Below, piece after piece: positions 35,995-45,628 of a DNA stretch of 64,000 bases. Source of the DNA: Candidatus Zixiibacteriota bacterium (lineage in GTDB: Bacteria; Zixibacteria; MSB-5A5; GN15; JACZUZ01); the NCBI GenBank assembly GCA_024280835.1, contig JAJRPJ010000008.1, positions 83,730 through 147,729 on the forward strand, in the 5' to 3' direction. The notes under the pieces are model-generated. The model had not been told where the DNA came from, did no database searches, and saw only the letters and a list, made by a program, of their open reading frames with translations. The stretch's first letter is position 1. Each line of letters begins with the position of its first letter. The translations under genes and the position numbers were made by a program.

Positions 35995-36022
35995 AATATA
36001 ACAGGATATAAGGGCCTGTCAA
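35995..36022 (-). promoter_or_regulatory. near-consensus sigma70 promoter facing the dockerin gene
   Basis: On the minus strand: TTGACA (36022..36017), a 16-nt spacer, then TATATT (36000..35995). This implies a ~200-nt leader. Confidence 0.4.
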
Positions 36023-36060
36023 AGGGTAATTTGGGGCTGACTTCCCTTGATTGGTCAGTC

Positions 36061-37329
36061 TCAAACCACTAGGCGGGCTATTATTTCGTCGGCTAGGGCT
36101 AGGGAATCTTCGGTTAGGCGTAGGCGGCGGTTTTCCGCTAATAGGTGGCCGCTGTCTATTAGCTTTTTGTATTCGCTTGGAACGAAGACTTCCTCAGGGG
36201 AACGTCCATGACGTTTACGGAAGCGTGTAATATCCAGACCCTCAGTTGTGCGCAGCGCCAACATGACATCCTCAAGCACGCGGTCACGATCTGTTAGCCT
36301 ATCCCAGGTCAATGGTCGCTGTTTTTTCTTTAAGAGCGAATCGACATAGGCTTCAGTGTCCGAGACCAAAGCATAGCGATGCTCACCGTTGTAGCCATGC
36401 GCCCCAGGCCCAAGCGCCAAATACGGGACATTGGTCCAGTAGCGAATATTGTGACGGCTCTTGGCGCCATCTTTGGCGAATGAACTTATCTCGTAGCGCC
36501 TATAATTATGCTCAGCGAAATACTCATGACCGAAACGATAGAATTGCGCCATAGTGTCATTGTCGGGCATTCTAATTTCACCTGCGGTAACTTGCCGCGC
36601 CAGCGGTGTATTGTCTTTGACTGTTAGCTGGTAGAATGAAATATGTGACGGTTATAGTTCGAGCAATTCATAGAGGTCACGTTCTAATTGATGCAGGGTT
36701 TGATTTGGTAAACCAAAAATCAAATCCGCCGAGATATTATCTATTCCTAATGCGCGAGCGACATAGAAAACACGCAGTGTATCTTCTATTTTGTGCCGTC
36801 TATCTAGTGTCATCAGCGACTTGCTATTGAACGACTGCACACCAACGGAGAGTCGGTTGACACCTGTTTTTTGGAACAGCGCTAGATTTTCCTGATTGGC
36901 GCTTTCGGGGTTGACTTCAACTGTGAATTCAAGGTCTTCGGCAAAATCAAACAACTCCCCTAGTTGCTCCACCCAGCGGCCAAACAATTCTTGTGAAATC
37001 AGCGACGGTGTGCCGCCTCCGATGTAAATGCTTTGAAGGGTTATTTTCTGCGCTGTATTCGGACTGGTGTTCTTTTTGATACGGTTTCGCTGTTTGTATA
37101 GCTCTTCAACCGCCAGCGCGGTATCAATTGTCAGCGCCTGAAAATACAACGCTTCTTTGCGGCGGTTAAATAATTCTTTGTGGAAATCACAGTAACCGCA
37201 GATTTTCGAGCAAAACGGGAAATGCAGATACAATGACAGAGAGTTATCCTCGCTGAGGGATGCCCGCGAGGGTTGTGCAGTAGATATTAACTGTTCTGTG
37301 GATTTTGACAGGTCACTCATCAAACGCAT
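36061..37329 (-). pseudogene. hemW: radical-SAM heme chaperone HemW (HemN-like) interrupted by one in-frame TAA
   Basis: Track ORFs 36652..37329 (CSKICGYCDF radical-SAM half) and 36061..36570 (HemN_C half) are in the same frame. Reading through the TAA at 36654..36652 gives LEL-*-PSHISFYQLTVKDNTPLARQ, which is colinear with the conserved ...P.HiS.YqLt.e..T... region. Confidence 0.8.
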
Positions 37330-38051
37330 TATAGCGCATGAGCGATTCTATCCCAACGGGTACGGCTAGGAAATCCGACAATAGCGGCGCCAACTTTGTA
37401 CAGGGCCGTATGGATATACGGAAATGCCCACTCGGTCTTTTCGCCATCAGGCTCCCATGACCAATAGACAAAAATAGCTTTGCCTTTGAGATGGTCGAGC
37501 GGAACTGTGCCCCAAAAACGGCTATCACGACTATCGTCGCGATTGTCACCCATGACAAAGACTTGCCCAATAGCGACTTGCACTGGGCCGAAATTATCGC
37601 GCAAAGATAGTTGAGCCGCTAGAGTATTGGGATCGATATTCTTGCTGTCAGGGTAAATCTCAGCCAACTCGCCATCAACGTAGAGAATCTTGTCAATAAC
37701 CTCGACGGTTTGGCCACCAAGCGCGACTACCCGCTTGATATAATCTTTTTGACGATTGAGAGGATATTCAAAGACAATAATATCGCCAGTCTTGGGCTCG
37801 CGGTACTTATAGGCGAGTTTATTGACGAAGATATAGTCACCAGTCATCAGGGTGTCCTCCATTGAGCTTGAGGAAACACGATAAGCCGAGACAACAAATA
37901 TTCGCAGAATTGCCGCGGCAACCAAGGCTAGGACAATTACTTCAGCATATTCGCGCCAGAGCGGTTTGCGCTGGGCGGTTTGATAATACTGCTGAACATG
38001 TTTGGCGGTTTCTTTCGCCTTTTGATTACGTATCAGGAAGTCATCACTCAT
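37329..38051 (-). CDS. lepB: signal peptidase I
   Basis: It has the catalytic Ser box SSSMEDTL, the Lys box YIKRVVALGG, and GDNRDDSRDSRFWG. Its stop overlaps the hemW ATG (TAATG). Confidence 0.92.
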   Translation of the reverse strand: MSDDFLIRNQKAKETAKHVQQYYQTAQRKPLWREYAEVIVLALVAAAILRIFVVSAYRVSSSSMEDTLMTGDYIFVNKLAYKYREPKTGDIIVFEYPLNRQKDYIKRVVALGGQTVEVIDKILYVDGELAEIYPDSKNIDPNTLAAQLSLRDNFGPVQVAIGQVFVMGDNRDDSRDSRFWGTVPLDHLKGKAIFVYWSWEPDGEKTEWAFPYIHTALYKVGAAIVGFPSRTRWDRIAHAL

Positions 38052-38252
38052 AGGTAATTTATCGACCAGAGCCCTGAACGCTTAACCATAATTGCGCAAA
38101 ATATAGCCAATTGTTTCAGATTGATGCATTGGAACCAAAAACTGTAGTGGTAAACAAGCGGGGATTTCAGTGCGTTGGCGATGAACGGCGGTCTTTGAAG
38201 TATTTTCCAAACTCGCTGAGAAGTAGGCTACTTGATAAGATTCGTTCGAATG

Positions 38253-39215
38253 TCACTGCCCAAAACGAATCACTGTGCCGTCAAATCCGACGGCGAAAGC
38301 AATTCCAGATTCAGCAACCCACACATCGTTCAAGTTCTTAAACGTCGGGCTAGCGACGAGATTCCATCCTGACCTATCAGACTGAAGAATCAAGCCGTTG
38401 CTACCAACGATGAAGACATTGCCTTCGGCATCGCCACTAACACCAAAGAGCTGCTGGGTTGTCGGAATGTTCGGCTGAGACACAAAAAGAGTCCCAGTAA
38501 ATTTGAAAACCTTCCCAAATAGAGCGACCGCCAGCATGTCATTCCACCCGTTACCCCAGATGGCAAATATTGAATTCCCACTAGAACCGACTTGAGCCCA
38601 ATTTGTACCGTCGAAGTGGAGCTTTGCCCCACGATCCCCAACTGCAAAGATGTCCACTATCAGTTCAGGTAAGGCAGGATGCGCTCGACGCACATCGCCC
38701 CAAATGCCTCTTAGTGTGGCAGATGTACCACTCTGCATGGCGACCCAGCGATTGCCATCTTGCTTCATTATAGTTCCGCCAGCGCCTACCGCATAAGCAG
38801 TGGAAAGATTATCTCCCCAAACACCAAGCAGACTCGAAGTTGTGTTGGATGTCATTCGATTCCAAGATGAGCCGTTGTAGTGTAAAATTGTCCCAGCATT
38901 GCCAACAGCAAAGACATCCGACCCAGAACGTCCCCAGACAGCATTCAAATGTGCGGTAGAACCAGTGGACATTTTGATCCAATTGACACCATCGTAATGC
39001 AGTATGGTTCCAGCGTCTCCAACAGCAAAAACATCGGATTCGGAGGCTCCCCATACGCCTTGCAATTGGACAGAGACATCAGAATTCTGAATACTCCAGG
39101 ACATTGACTGAGAGTCAGTAACTGAGCCATTACACTGAACCAATAAGGCGAAAATAAAGTAGCCAAACGTCCTAGGCAGTTTCTTGAAGTGTGTTTTGTT
39201 CTTGATAGAATTCAT
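38253..39215 (-). CDS. secreted beta-propeller repeat protein
   Basis: There are about seven ~40-aa repeats of the form VWG.s.sDVFAVG..GTILHY(D/N)G..W..m. Confidence 0.7.
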   Translation of the reverse strand: MNSIKNKTHFKKLPRTFGYFIFALLVQCNGSVTDSQSMSWSIQNSDVSVQLQGVWGASESDVFAVGDAGTILHYDGVNWIKMSTGSTAHLNAVWGRSGSDVFAVGNAGTILHYNGSSWNRMTSNTTSSLLGVWGDNLSTAYAVGAGGTIMKQDGNRWVAMQSGTSATLRGIWGDVRRAHPALPELIVDIFAVGDRGAKLHFDGTNWAQVGSSGNSIFAIWGNGWNDMLAVALFGKVFKFTGTLFVSQPNIPTTQQLFGVSGDAEGNVFIVGSNGLILQSDRSGWNLVASPTFKNLNDVWVAESGIAFAVGFDGTVIRFGQ

Positions 39216-39446
39216 TCCTGCAAGTATTCCAATCTTGGATTCGCTAGAACTTATCCTCGGAGCCAGACAATGTCAAGCAATATGCTATATTCAACTCTAC
39301 GGCGCTGACTGAACTTGACTCACATCCATTCGACGCTTATCCTCTCTATACGCTCAACAACAAACCCACAGAGAACGCGCTTGCATATTATCGGGATACA
39401 AAGAATTCATAGCAACAGACAAAGTGGACTCAGCCATATATGTTGG

Positions 39447-40157
39447 ATGACGATCTTATGCCTTATTCTCTGTCTCGCCAGCACACAAGAAGCTGAGGCT
39501 GCGCACACGACAAAACTAAAAATCTCTGGCTCAATCTCAAACCTTACAGATAGCAATTCCCCAGAAAATGAGTTTCTGGCCAGCCTAGGCGGCTCATTGG
39601 GAGTTGGGCTGAACTTTGACGTTCACGCAGGAGTGAATCTCCAGACCGAGCTTTTGCTGACCCTCAGAGGAGCTAGGCGCGATCTACAAATTGCAGGTTT
39701 TAGAAATTTTTTCGAGGGTTCAGAGAACATACGAATAGTTTATCTCGAAGCGCCTCTTCTTGTCATGCTTGAATTTCCATCAATTACCCCAAGAGCTACA
39801 CTTCTATACTTTGGTCCCACTATTAGTCTCAAGCTCTCAGGAAAAGTTTCTGGCTCAATCTCTGAACAAAGTTCTTCAATCGACACGGATTTCAACATTG
39901 GAATATCCAACCTGAAGACTATTGTTCTGGGGGTTTCAGCTGGGCTTGAAATTCCCTTAACCAGAGATAAGAATAGTGGCCTATTTTTTGACATTCGAGT
40001 CAACTCATCTTTGACAAACACTTTCACAGATGACCTCGCCGCTAAAGATCCAAATGCAACCACCTATTATTTCGCAAACCGATTTAGCGGAAAAGCCTTT
40101 CCATTGAAGAATGCAAGTATATCATTGACACTTGGATACTTGCTCGGCAAGAAATGA
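39447..40157 (+). CDS. outer-membrane beta-barrel (porin-family-like) protein
   Basis: I trimmed the start to the ATG at 39447, which gives a signal peptide (...LASTQEAEAA). The sequence has alternating-hydrophobic beta-strand character and ends with an aromatic-rich strand (SLTLGYLLGKK). Confidence 0.55.
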   Translation: MTILCLILCLASTQEAEAAHTTKLKISGSISNLTDSNSPENEFLASLGGSLGVGLNFDVHAGVNLQTELLLTLRGARRDLQIAGFRNFFEGSENIRIVYLEAPLLVMLEFPSITPRATLLYFGPTISLKLSGKVSGSISEQSSSIDTDFNIGISNLKTIVLGVSAGLEIPLTRDKNSGLFFDIRVNSSLTNTFTDDLAAKDPNATTYYFANRFSGKAFPLKNASISLTLGYLLGKK

Positions 40158-40170
40158 GGAAACACAACAG

Positions 40171-40791
40171 ATGCACTCTTACAAATCTTTAGCGCTACTG
40201 CTGATACCACTTATTGCTTCAATCAGTTGCTCAACCAGAACCACTTACTTGCCTGAAGAACTGATCGCAAAGCAGGATATCAAGATTGCGAGTGTGGCCC
40301 TGCCCGGTAGCGTGACTCGTATCGTTACTGACTACAACGTATCAATCGCTTTTGATTCCTCTGGGGCTAAATATGAAGCAACTACTACTTCTCTGAGTGG
40401 AATAGACACCTCTGGTATTGAAGTAGAAGTTGCTTTAGACACTATAAAGTTTCTTGTGATAAACCGTACCGATCAATCCAATGTGTTCTTGACACCATCT
40501 AACTTTTTGAACTCATACGGCCCACAAGCGCTTGTTAATCTTGACCTCAACAAAGGGCCTAAATTGATGAGTTGGGATATTGTCGATTTTTCTGGAAAAG
40601 GAAAATACAACGATAGTACTCATAAGATCGTAGGTCTAAGTAAAGCAGGTGACACATTGTCTTTTGACTTGGACAACGTCTATTATGTTCAATCTCATGA
40701 GTTTAATTTTCTCAAGACTGCGCGCTTAGGACTTGGTGGCGTAGCGCTAGCGCTACTTATCTCAAGCGCCATTGACATTATGAAATTTTGA
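40171..40791 (+). CDS. hypothetical lipoprotein with a C-terminal TM helix
   Basis: The start at MHSYK gives a lipobox (LIASISC). The C-terminus has a hydrophobic helix (LGLGGVALALLISSAI). Confidence 0.5.
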   Translation: MHSYKSLALLLIPLIASISCSTRTTYLPEELIAKQDIKIASVALPGSVTRIVTDYNVSIAFDSSGAKYEATTTSLSGIDTSGIEVEVALDTIKFLVINRTDQSNVFLTPSNFLNSYGPQALVNLDLNKGPKLMSWDIVDFSGKGKYNDSTHKIVGLSKAGDTLSFDLDNVYYVQSHEFNFLKTARLGLGGVALALLISSAIDIMKF

Positions 40792-40922
40792 TTTGCAACC
40801 TACCATTAACTCGATTTCTTGTTTGCCTTGCGGTCTTGAGATAATCTCGAATACCATAGACGCGGCAATTGTCAGAACTGCCCGCTACCAGAATATCACA
40901 GACAACAATTGAAAAACTGAGG

Positions 40923-42731
40923 CTACAAGCCAGCGTAGAAAGCGATGGCTATTCCGAGGGCCATGCCAACGACTAGGCCGAAGGTGAAGATGAGAGACGG
41001 TGAAGTGGGCTTGGCTACAACTGGTTTGGTTGTCACTTCGGCAGTTGAGACTTCTTTAACTGGTTCTTTTTGTGATTCTTGGAACTGGCGCCAGTCATTG
41101 ATGAACTCATCACAAGTTTGATACCTCTCGACACATTGCAGCTCCAAGAGCTTGCGTAACATTTTCTCGATACCCTCAGGTAGGTCAACACTGCCGCCGT
41201 CAATGAGTAATTCCCCATGCCGAGAAAAATTTGGTGTCTTGCCGACTATCAATTGATGCAAAATCACACCTAACCCATAAATATCACCCCGAGTGGAGGT
41301 TCCCTTTTCGGGTGGTGTATACCAATTGCGCTTCGAGCTATAGTGCGCAGGCATACCGAAGTCGCAAAGCTTCGGTGTTTCGTCTATATCAAAGAGTATG
41401 TTTGATGGACGTAAGTTACCGTGTACAACATCTTGCCTATGCGCAAAAGAAAGCCCTGCAGCGATTTGTGCGCCAATTTTGAAAGCTTCTACAGCATTGT
41501 AGGTGCGGACAAGGCGGTCGGCCAATGAACCGCCCTGCGAGTATTCCATCACAATCACTGTCTTGCGCGCATCACAGCCAGCTCCAAGAACGCCAACAAT
41601 ATTATCATGCGAAACACGCGAAAGAATCTTGGCCTCTTTAATTCCCAAATTTTCGACATTGTAGCGCTTGATGATTATCAACTTTTTCGTTTGTGTATTT
41701 TCAACCAAGTATGTAGCGCCATAGGAGTTCTCACGAATCGTGTCTAGGTAGCGACAGGCGCCAGTGATGGCCTCCATGCCACTGACAGATGTGATAGAAT
41801 GGTCACTATCTTTTTGCGTCTGATTGGAGACAATTTCAAGCAACGCATCTTTGACTTCGACTGCTGTTTGGTAGCGATCTTTGGCTTTGGGAGCCAAACA
41901 TCTTTCGATTATATTGTCGAAAGAGCGCGGTATCTTTGAGTCGATTTGTGAGGGTAATTTGAAATTACCCAAGGGCTTCTCACCGATGAGTGTCTCATAC
42001 AACATCACACCCACCGCATATATATCTGTAGTGCAATCAACGTTGGCAGAAGATAGTTTTTGCTCGGGCGACATATAGGCCATAGTGCCCATGATAATAT
42101 CAGAACTGGTGGCATCCACCGCAGGAGTTGAAGCGAGATGTGCAATTCCAAAGTCAGCGACTTTGGCATTGCCGTTCAAGTCGACGAGAATATTTGCAGG
42201 TTTGACATCGCGGTGAATCACACCGTTTTTGTGCGCATACTCTAAGCCCTTGAGAGTGCTGATAATGATTTCAAGGCGCGTCGCTAATGGAACGTCGGCT
42301 GAGTAAATAATTTCTTTGAAAGACGTTCCTTCGACATACTCCATGACAAAATAATAGCGGCCGTGTTCAAAACCTCTGTCAATGACATGGACAATATTGG
42401 CATGATTCAGTTTAGCGATAGTGATCGATTCTCTATCAAAACGTCTGACGATCTCTGGGTCGCTTGACATTCTTGAGGAAAGAACTTTTACAGCAACCTC
42501 ACGGTTCAAATTCATTTGAATCGCTTTATAGATTTCCGCAATTCCACCCTGCCCGATTTTTGAAACGAGCTTGTAGTCACCAAGAATCGGGGCCGATTTG
42601 AGGATCGTCGAAGAACCTAAATCAGCTGAATTATCAGGACGCTTTAAGACTTGAGTTTGCATATAGCTAATGTCGGAATCTGGAGACAATTGTTTATCTC
42701 CCCCCCAGTATCTAGCAAATCCCCAAGCCAC
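40923..42731 (-). CDS. tail-anchored tandem Ser/Thr kinase plus pseudokinase
   Basis: Domain 1 has GQGGIAEIY, VAVK, HRDVKPANIL, DFGIA and SPE. Domain 2 keeps the fold but reads HGNLRPSNILFD and DFGMPA (HRD Asp lost). The C-terminal TM is FTFGLVVGMALGIAIAFYAGL. Confidence 0.85.
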   Translation of the reverse strand: MAWGFARYWGGDKQLSPDSDISYMQTQVLKRPDNSADLGSSTILKSAPILGDYKLVSKIGQGGIAEIYKAIQMNLNREVAVKVLSSRMSSDPEIVRRFDRESITIAKLNHANIVHVIDRGFEHGRYYFVMEYVEGTSFKEIIYSADVPLATRLEIIISTLKGLEYAHKNGVIHRDVKPANILVDLNGNAKVADFGIAHLASTPAVDATSSDIIMGTMAYMSPEQKLSSANVDCTTDIYAVGVMLYETLIGEKPLGNFKLPSQIDSKIPRSFDNIIERCLAPKAKDRYQTAVEVKDALLEIVSNQTQKDSDHSITSVSGMEAITGACRYLDTIRENSYGATYLVENTQTKKLIIIKRYNVENLGIKEAKILSRVSHDNIVGVLGAGCDARKTVIVMEYSQGGSLADRLVRTYNAVEAFKIGAQIAAGLSFAHRQDVVHGNLRPSNILFDIDETPKLCDFGMPAHYSSKRNWYTPPEKGTSTRGDIYGLGVILHQLIVGKTPNFSRHGELLIDGGSVDLPEGIEKMLRKLLELQCVERYQTCDEFINDWRQFQESQKEPVKEVSTAEVTTKPVVAKPTSPSLIFTFGLVVGMALGIAIAFYAGL

Positions 42732-42815
42732 GAAAGCTCAAGAACCTAACGTCAGATAGTTTTGTCTCAAACTGAAACATCTACAAATAGACTTTTACAA
42801 ATGGGCTTTCCCAAG

Positions 42816-42860
42816 CAAATCTTTCACAAACAAATCTTTCACAAACAGACCTCTCACAAA
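42816..42860. repeat. three tandem 15-nt units (CAAATCTTTCACAAA x2, CAGACCTCTCACAAA)
   Basis: Read directly from the sequence. The units lie 85-130 nt upstream (coding sense) of the kinase gene. Confidence 0.85.
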
Positions 42861-42899
42861 CAAAATAGCCTCGGACGCAAGCTTTACGTCCGAGGCTAT
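42855..42899 (-). terminator. rho-independent terminator of the 319-aa T9SS gene
   Basis: A 13-bp perfect stem ATAGCCTCGGACG/CGTCCGAGGCTAT (42865..42899) is followed on the minus strand by TTTTGTTTG. Confidence 0.78.
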
Positions 42900-42933
42900 T
42901 ACATTTTGACTTCTGTAATGAAATATCTGAGGT

Positions 42934-43893
42934 CTATTTCATCAGCATCATTTTCTTGGTGTATGAACCCAGCCCTGATTTTAGACGGTAGAAATAGACA
43001 CCGCTCGGACTGGAACTAGCATCCCACTCGAACTCATGGGCGCCAATTCCAAGTTCACCTTCAAAGAGTGTGGTGACACGCTGACCGAGAAGATTGAAGA
43101 CATCTAACTTGACCGTAGAGCGTTCTGGCAAAGTGAAACCGATTTTGGTGCTGGGGTTGAACGGATTCGGATAATTTTGGGCTAATTCAAATTTCTTGGG
43201 AAGAGTCGCATCGGCAAAGTCATCTTCTATATCAGTGACTAGTAATTGAATATGACCTACGCTGAATGTGGGTAACGTTGTTATTAGTCCAGTTGGGTCA
43301 ACAAATTCAATTCGGCGCAACGCTACAATCAATGGTTCAACGTTAACTGTATCTACCGTATTCAATGAATCGAGAACAATATCCTGCGGGCCAGCGCTCG
43401 GAGAAACTGTAAACCAAAAAGTACAAAGTAGACCGCTATCGACAGAGATGGTTGGTATGGGCGCGCTAAATGGAGGCAATACTAAAACACCGAAGTAGCC
43501 AGAATCCGTTTTCATTGACTTAATCGCCGCCATACTTGGGTCAAGTATTGAACCGATAACACTAACTGAATCGGGTGTAACATCCGCTGAATTATAGCGC
43601 AACGGGATATTGAAGCCTGCGATGTCAATTGTACTGCCACCCAAGTATACTCCAACCCCAACAACATCACCGGGCGCAGCAATCACACTTTCAACATGCA
43701 CACGCGCGCCAGCAGTAGCTTGGCTCACAGAAACTGTAAAAACCAAGACCAGCGTCAGAGCGGACAAGGCTGTCGCTCTCATACAAAGGAATTGTTTCTG
43801 CAACGCTATCCTCTTTGACATCATCTTCTTCGATATCATTCTCTTAAAAATTATTCTCATGCTATGGATCCTTTCTCCAGAAAATCTTCGCAT
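42934..43893 (-). CDS. cohesin-like domain T9SS cargo protein
   Basis: It has a signal peptide, a cohesin-like module (VHVESVIAAPGDVVGVGVYLGG...IPLRYNSADVTPDSVSV), and the sorting domain QNYPNPFNPSTKIGFTLP...KKMMLMK. Confidence 0.8.
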   Translation of the reverse strand: MRRFSGERIHSMRIIFKRMISKKMMSKRIALQKQFLCMRATALSALTLVLVFTVSVSQATAGARVHVESVIAAPGDVVGVGVYLGGSTIDIAGFNIPLRYNSADVTPDSVSVIGSILDPSMAAIKSMKTDSGYFGVLVLPPFSAPIPTISVDSGLLCTFWFTVSPSAGPQDIVLDSLNTVDTVNVEPLIVALRRIEFVDPTGLITTLPTFSVGHIQLLVTDIEDDFADATLPKKFELAQNYPNPFNPSTKIGFTLPERSTVKLDVFNLLGQRVTTLFEGELGIGAHEFEWDASSSPSGVYFYRLKSGLGSYTKKMMLMK

Positions 43894-44092
43894 AAATTGA
43901 CCGCCAGATTGGCCCTAAAATAGCCGCTGCGGTCAGAGATTACCTATCGTAGGGGGTAATGAGCAAAAGTGGCGCCGAAGGCAGAATAGTCGCATAGCGA
44001 CTTATTGAAGATAGATTAATGACGGAAGTATGCAATGTAATGCACTTACTTCACACGCGTACAGGTGTGTTAATACATATAGAGTATAACTA

Positions 44093-45619
44093 CTAAAGTT
44101 CATCTTCCCAGTTGGGGCGAATATTCACAAAAAGAGTCTTATTATCGCGCCAGACCAAAAACACAACTTCAACGCTGTGATTTTCATTTATCTCCGTCAA
44201 GGCCTTTTCGGCGTCATCTACAGAAGATAGCTCTTGGCCGTTAATAGACTGGACTATGTCCCCCGAATAAAGATTAGCCAATGACGCCCAACCGCCCGAA
44301 CTGACTTCGGAAACCCAGACACCACTGAAACTATCTTGATCCAAATTATAAGCTAGGTAGTCGTTGAAAACCAGATTGCGAACTTTGAATTCAAATGACT
44401 TGTCTTCATATGTCTTGGCCTCGTCGAATGTAATCGGTGACTTGCCAAGTTCAACTACCAAATCAATTCGCTGGAACTCACCTTTCGAATCGAGTCGAAG
44501 AGCCATGAACTCAGTTACCGCGCCAGCTCCCAATTCGGCAACAGTGCGGCTGAAATTACGAACGTTTTCTTCTCGGTCAACATCCAACGTGTCATCATCA
44601 ATAGCCACGATTACATCTCCGACAAGCAGACCAGCTTTTTCAGCGGGAGAGTTTTTGACTACTTCATTGACCACAACTCCACCATGCGCATTGAGTTTCC
44701 AATATTCAGCAAGGTCCTTGCTCAAAGCTTGAAAAGAAACACCCAGCCAACCACGGTTTTTTACGCCAGGCTGCGGAGGGTTGGCGATTAACTTCTTAAG
44801 TCGATCTGTCGTTAGGATTCCTAGAAGCGGATAGCCGCCCATACCGCCACTAAGCGCGCTCAAGAATGAAGACGGATCAGAAAAACCCAGAGGATTATCT
44901 GGCGAGGCAACTTCGGCAAGAATACCAACAGCATCACCGCGCTCGTCATAAATCACTGACTGTCGTTGACTATCTGAAAAACCTACCAACAATGGCGCAT
45001 TTTCTGGTTTTTCCCAGATAGCGGTTATCATTCCAACATCAGCGCCAATCGGCGGTTCAACATAATCTGGTAAGAGAAAAAATAGCGCCGTCCATTCTCC
45101 GACTTTGAAATCAAAGCGTTTACGAAAATGAACATAGTCGAATGAGCTTTGGATACTGTCTGTTATTTTGCAAAATCCTATTCCACTGAACTGATCAATT
45201 CCCAACCACTCGGCATCGAATTCTTCGCCATTGAGAGTGGTTACCTTTATGTCCTTAACATCAAAACTCGCCGAGGCGCCATAGTAGGAGGCCATACCCG
45301 AGCCGAAATCAATTGTCGAAGCATCCAAAATTATCAGCCCCGCTTCAGAGACCACTGTTCCCATACCACGCACTTCTGTATCTAGCGGCTCACTACCACT
45401 GGAAATTGAAACATTGGCTTTGATAACCACAGTGTACTTTTGCGCTTTTTCTCGCAGACGCTTAAAGTCGAATCTTTGCGCTGAGACTTGAACCGCAGAG
45501 CCAAGTACAATTCCGCAAGTCACTACAAAAGTGACCGTTAGTTTTGCTAGAGTGATTATTCCAAACCGTCTTGGATGATAGCTATCAATACTCTTGAGTT
45601 TATCTTGTGTCTTCATCAT
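44093..45619 (-). CDS. HtrA-like PDZ protein lacking the catalytic His and GNSGG box (probable pseudoprotease)
   Basis: It has a trypsin-fold-like N-terminal half, but where the HtrA neighbour has TNYHV and GNSGGPLVN this protein has ILDAS and SDSQRQSVIYD. Two PDZ-like segments are present (GVVVNEVVKNSPAEKAGLLVGDVIVAID; GVWVSEV...YSGDIVQSING). Confidence 0.7.
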   Translation of the reverse strand: MMKTQDKLKSIDSYHPRRFGIITLAKLTVTFVVTCGIVLGSAVQVSAQRFDFKRLREKAQKYTVVIKANVSISSGSEPLDTEVRGMGTVVSEAGLIILDASTIDFGSGMASYYGASASFDVKDIKVTTLNGEEFDAEWLGIDQFSGIGFCKITDSIQSSFDYVHFRKRFDFKVGEWTALFFLLPDYVEPPIGADVGMITAIWEKPENAPLLVGFSDSQRQSVIYDERGDAVGILAEVASPDNPLGFSDPSSFLSALSGGMGGYPLLGILTTDRLKKLIANPPQPGVKNRGWLGVSFQALSKDLAEYWKLNAHGGVVVNEVVKNSPAEKAGLLVGDVIVAIDDDTLDVDREENVRNFSRTVAELGAGAVTEFMALRLDSKGEFQRIDLVVELGKSPITFDEAKTYEDKSFEFKVRNLVFNDYLAYNLDQDSFSGVWVSEVSSGGWASLANLYSGDIVQSINGQELSSVDDAEKALTEINENHSVEVVFLVWRDNKTLFVNIRPNWEDEL

Positions 45620-45628
45620 AATCTAGGA

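Noticed and set aside
42762-43019. The 85-aa plus-strand ORF (…QIFHKQIFHKQTSHKQ…)
   Set aside because: Its repetitive peptide is just the translation of the 15-nt tandem repeat. It also runs across a terminator hairpin and into the 3' end of the opposite-strand gene.
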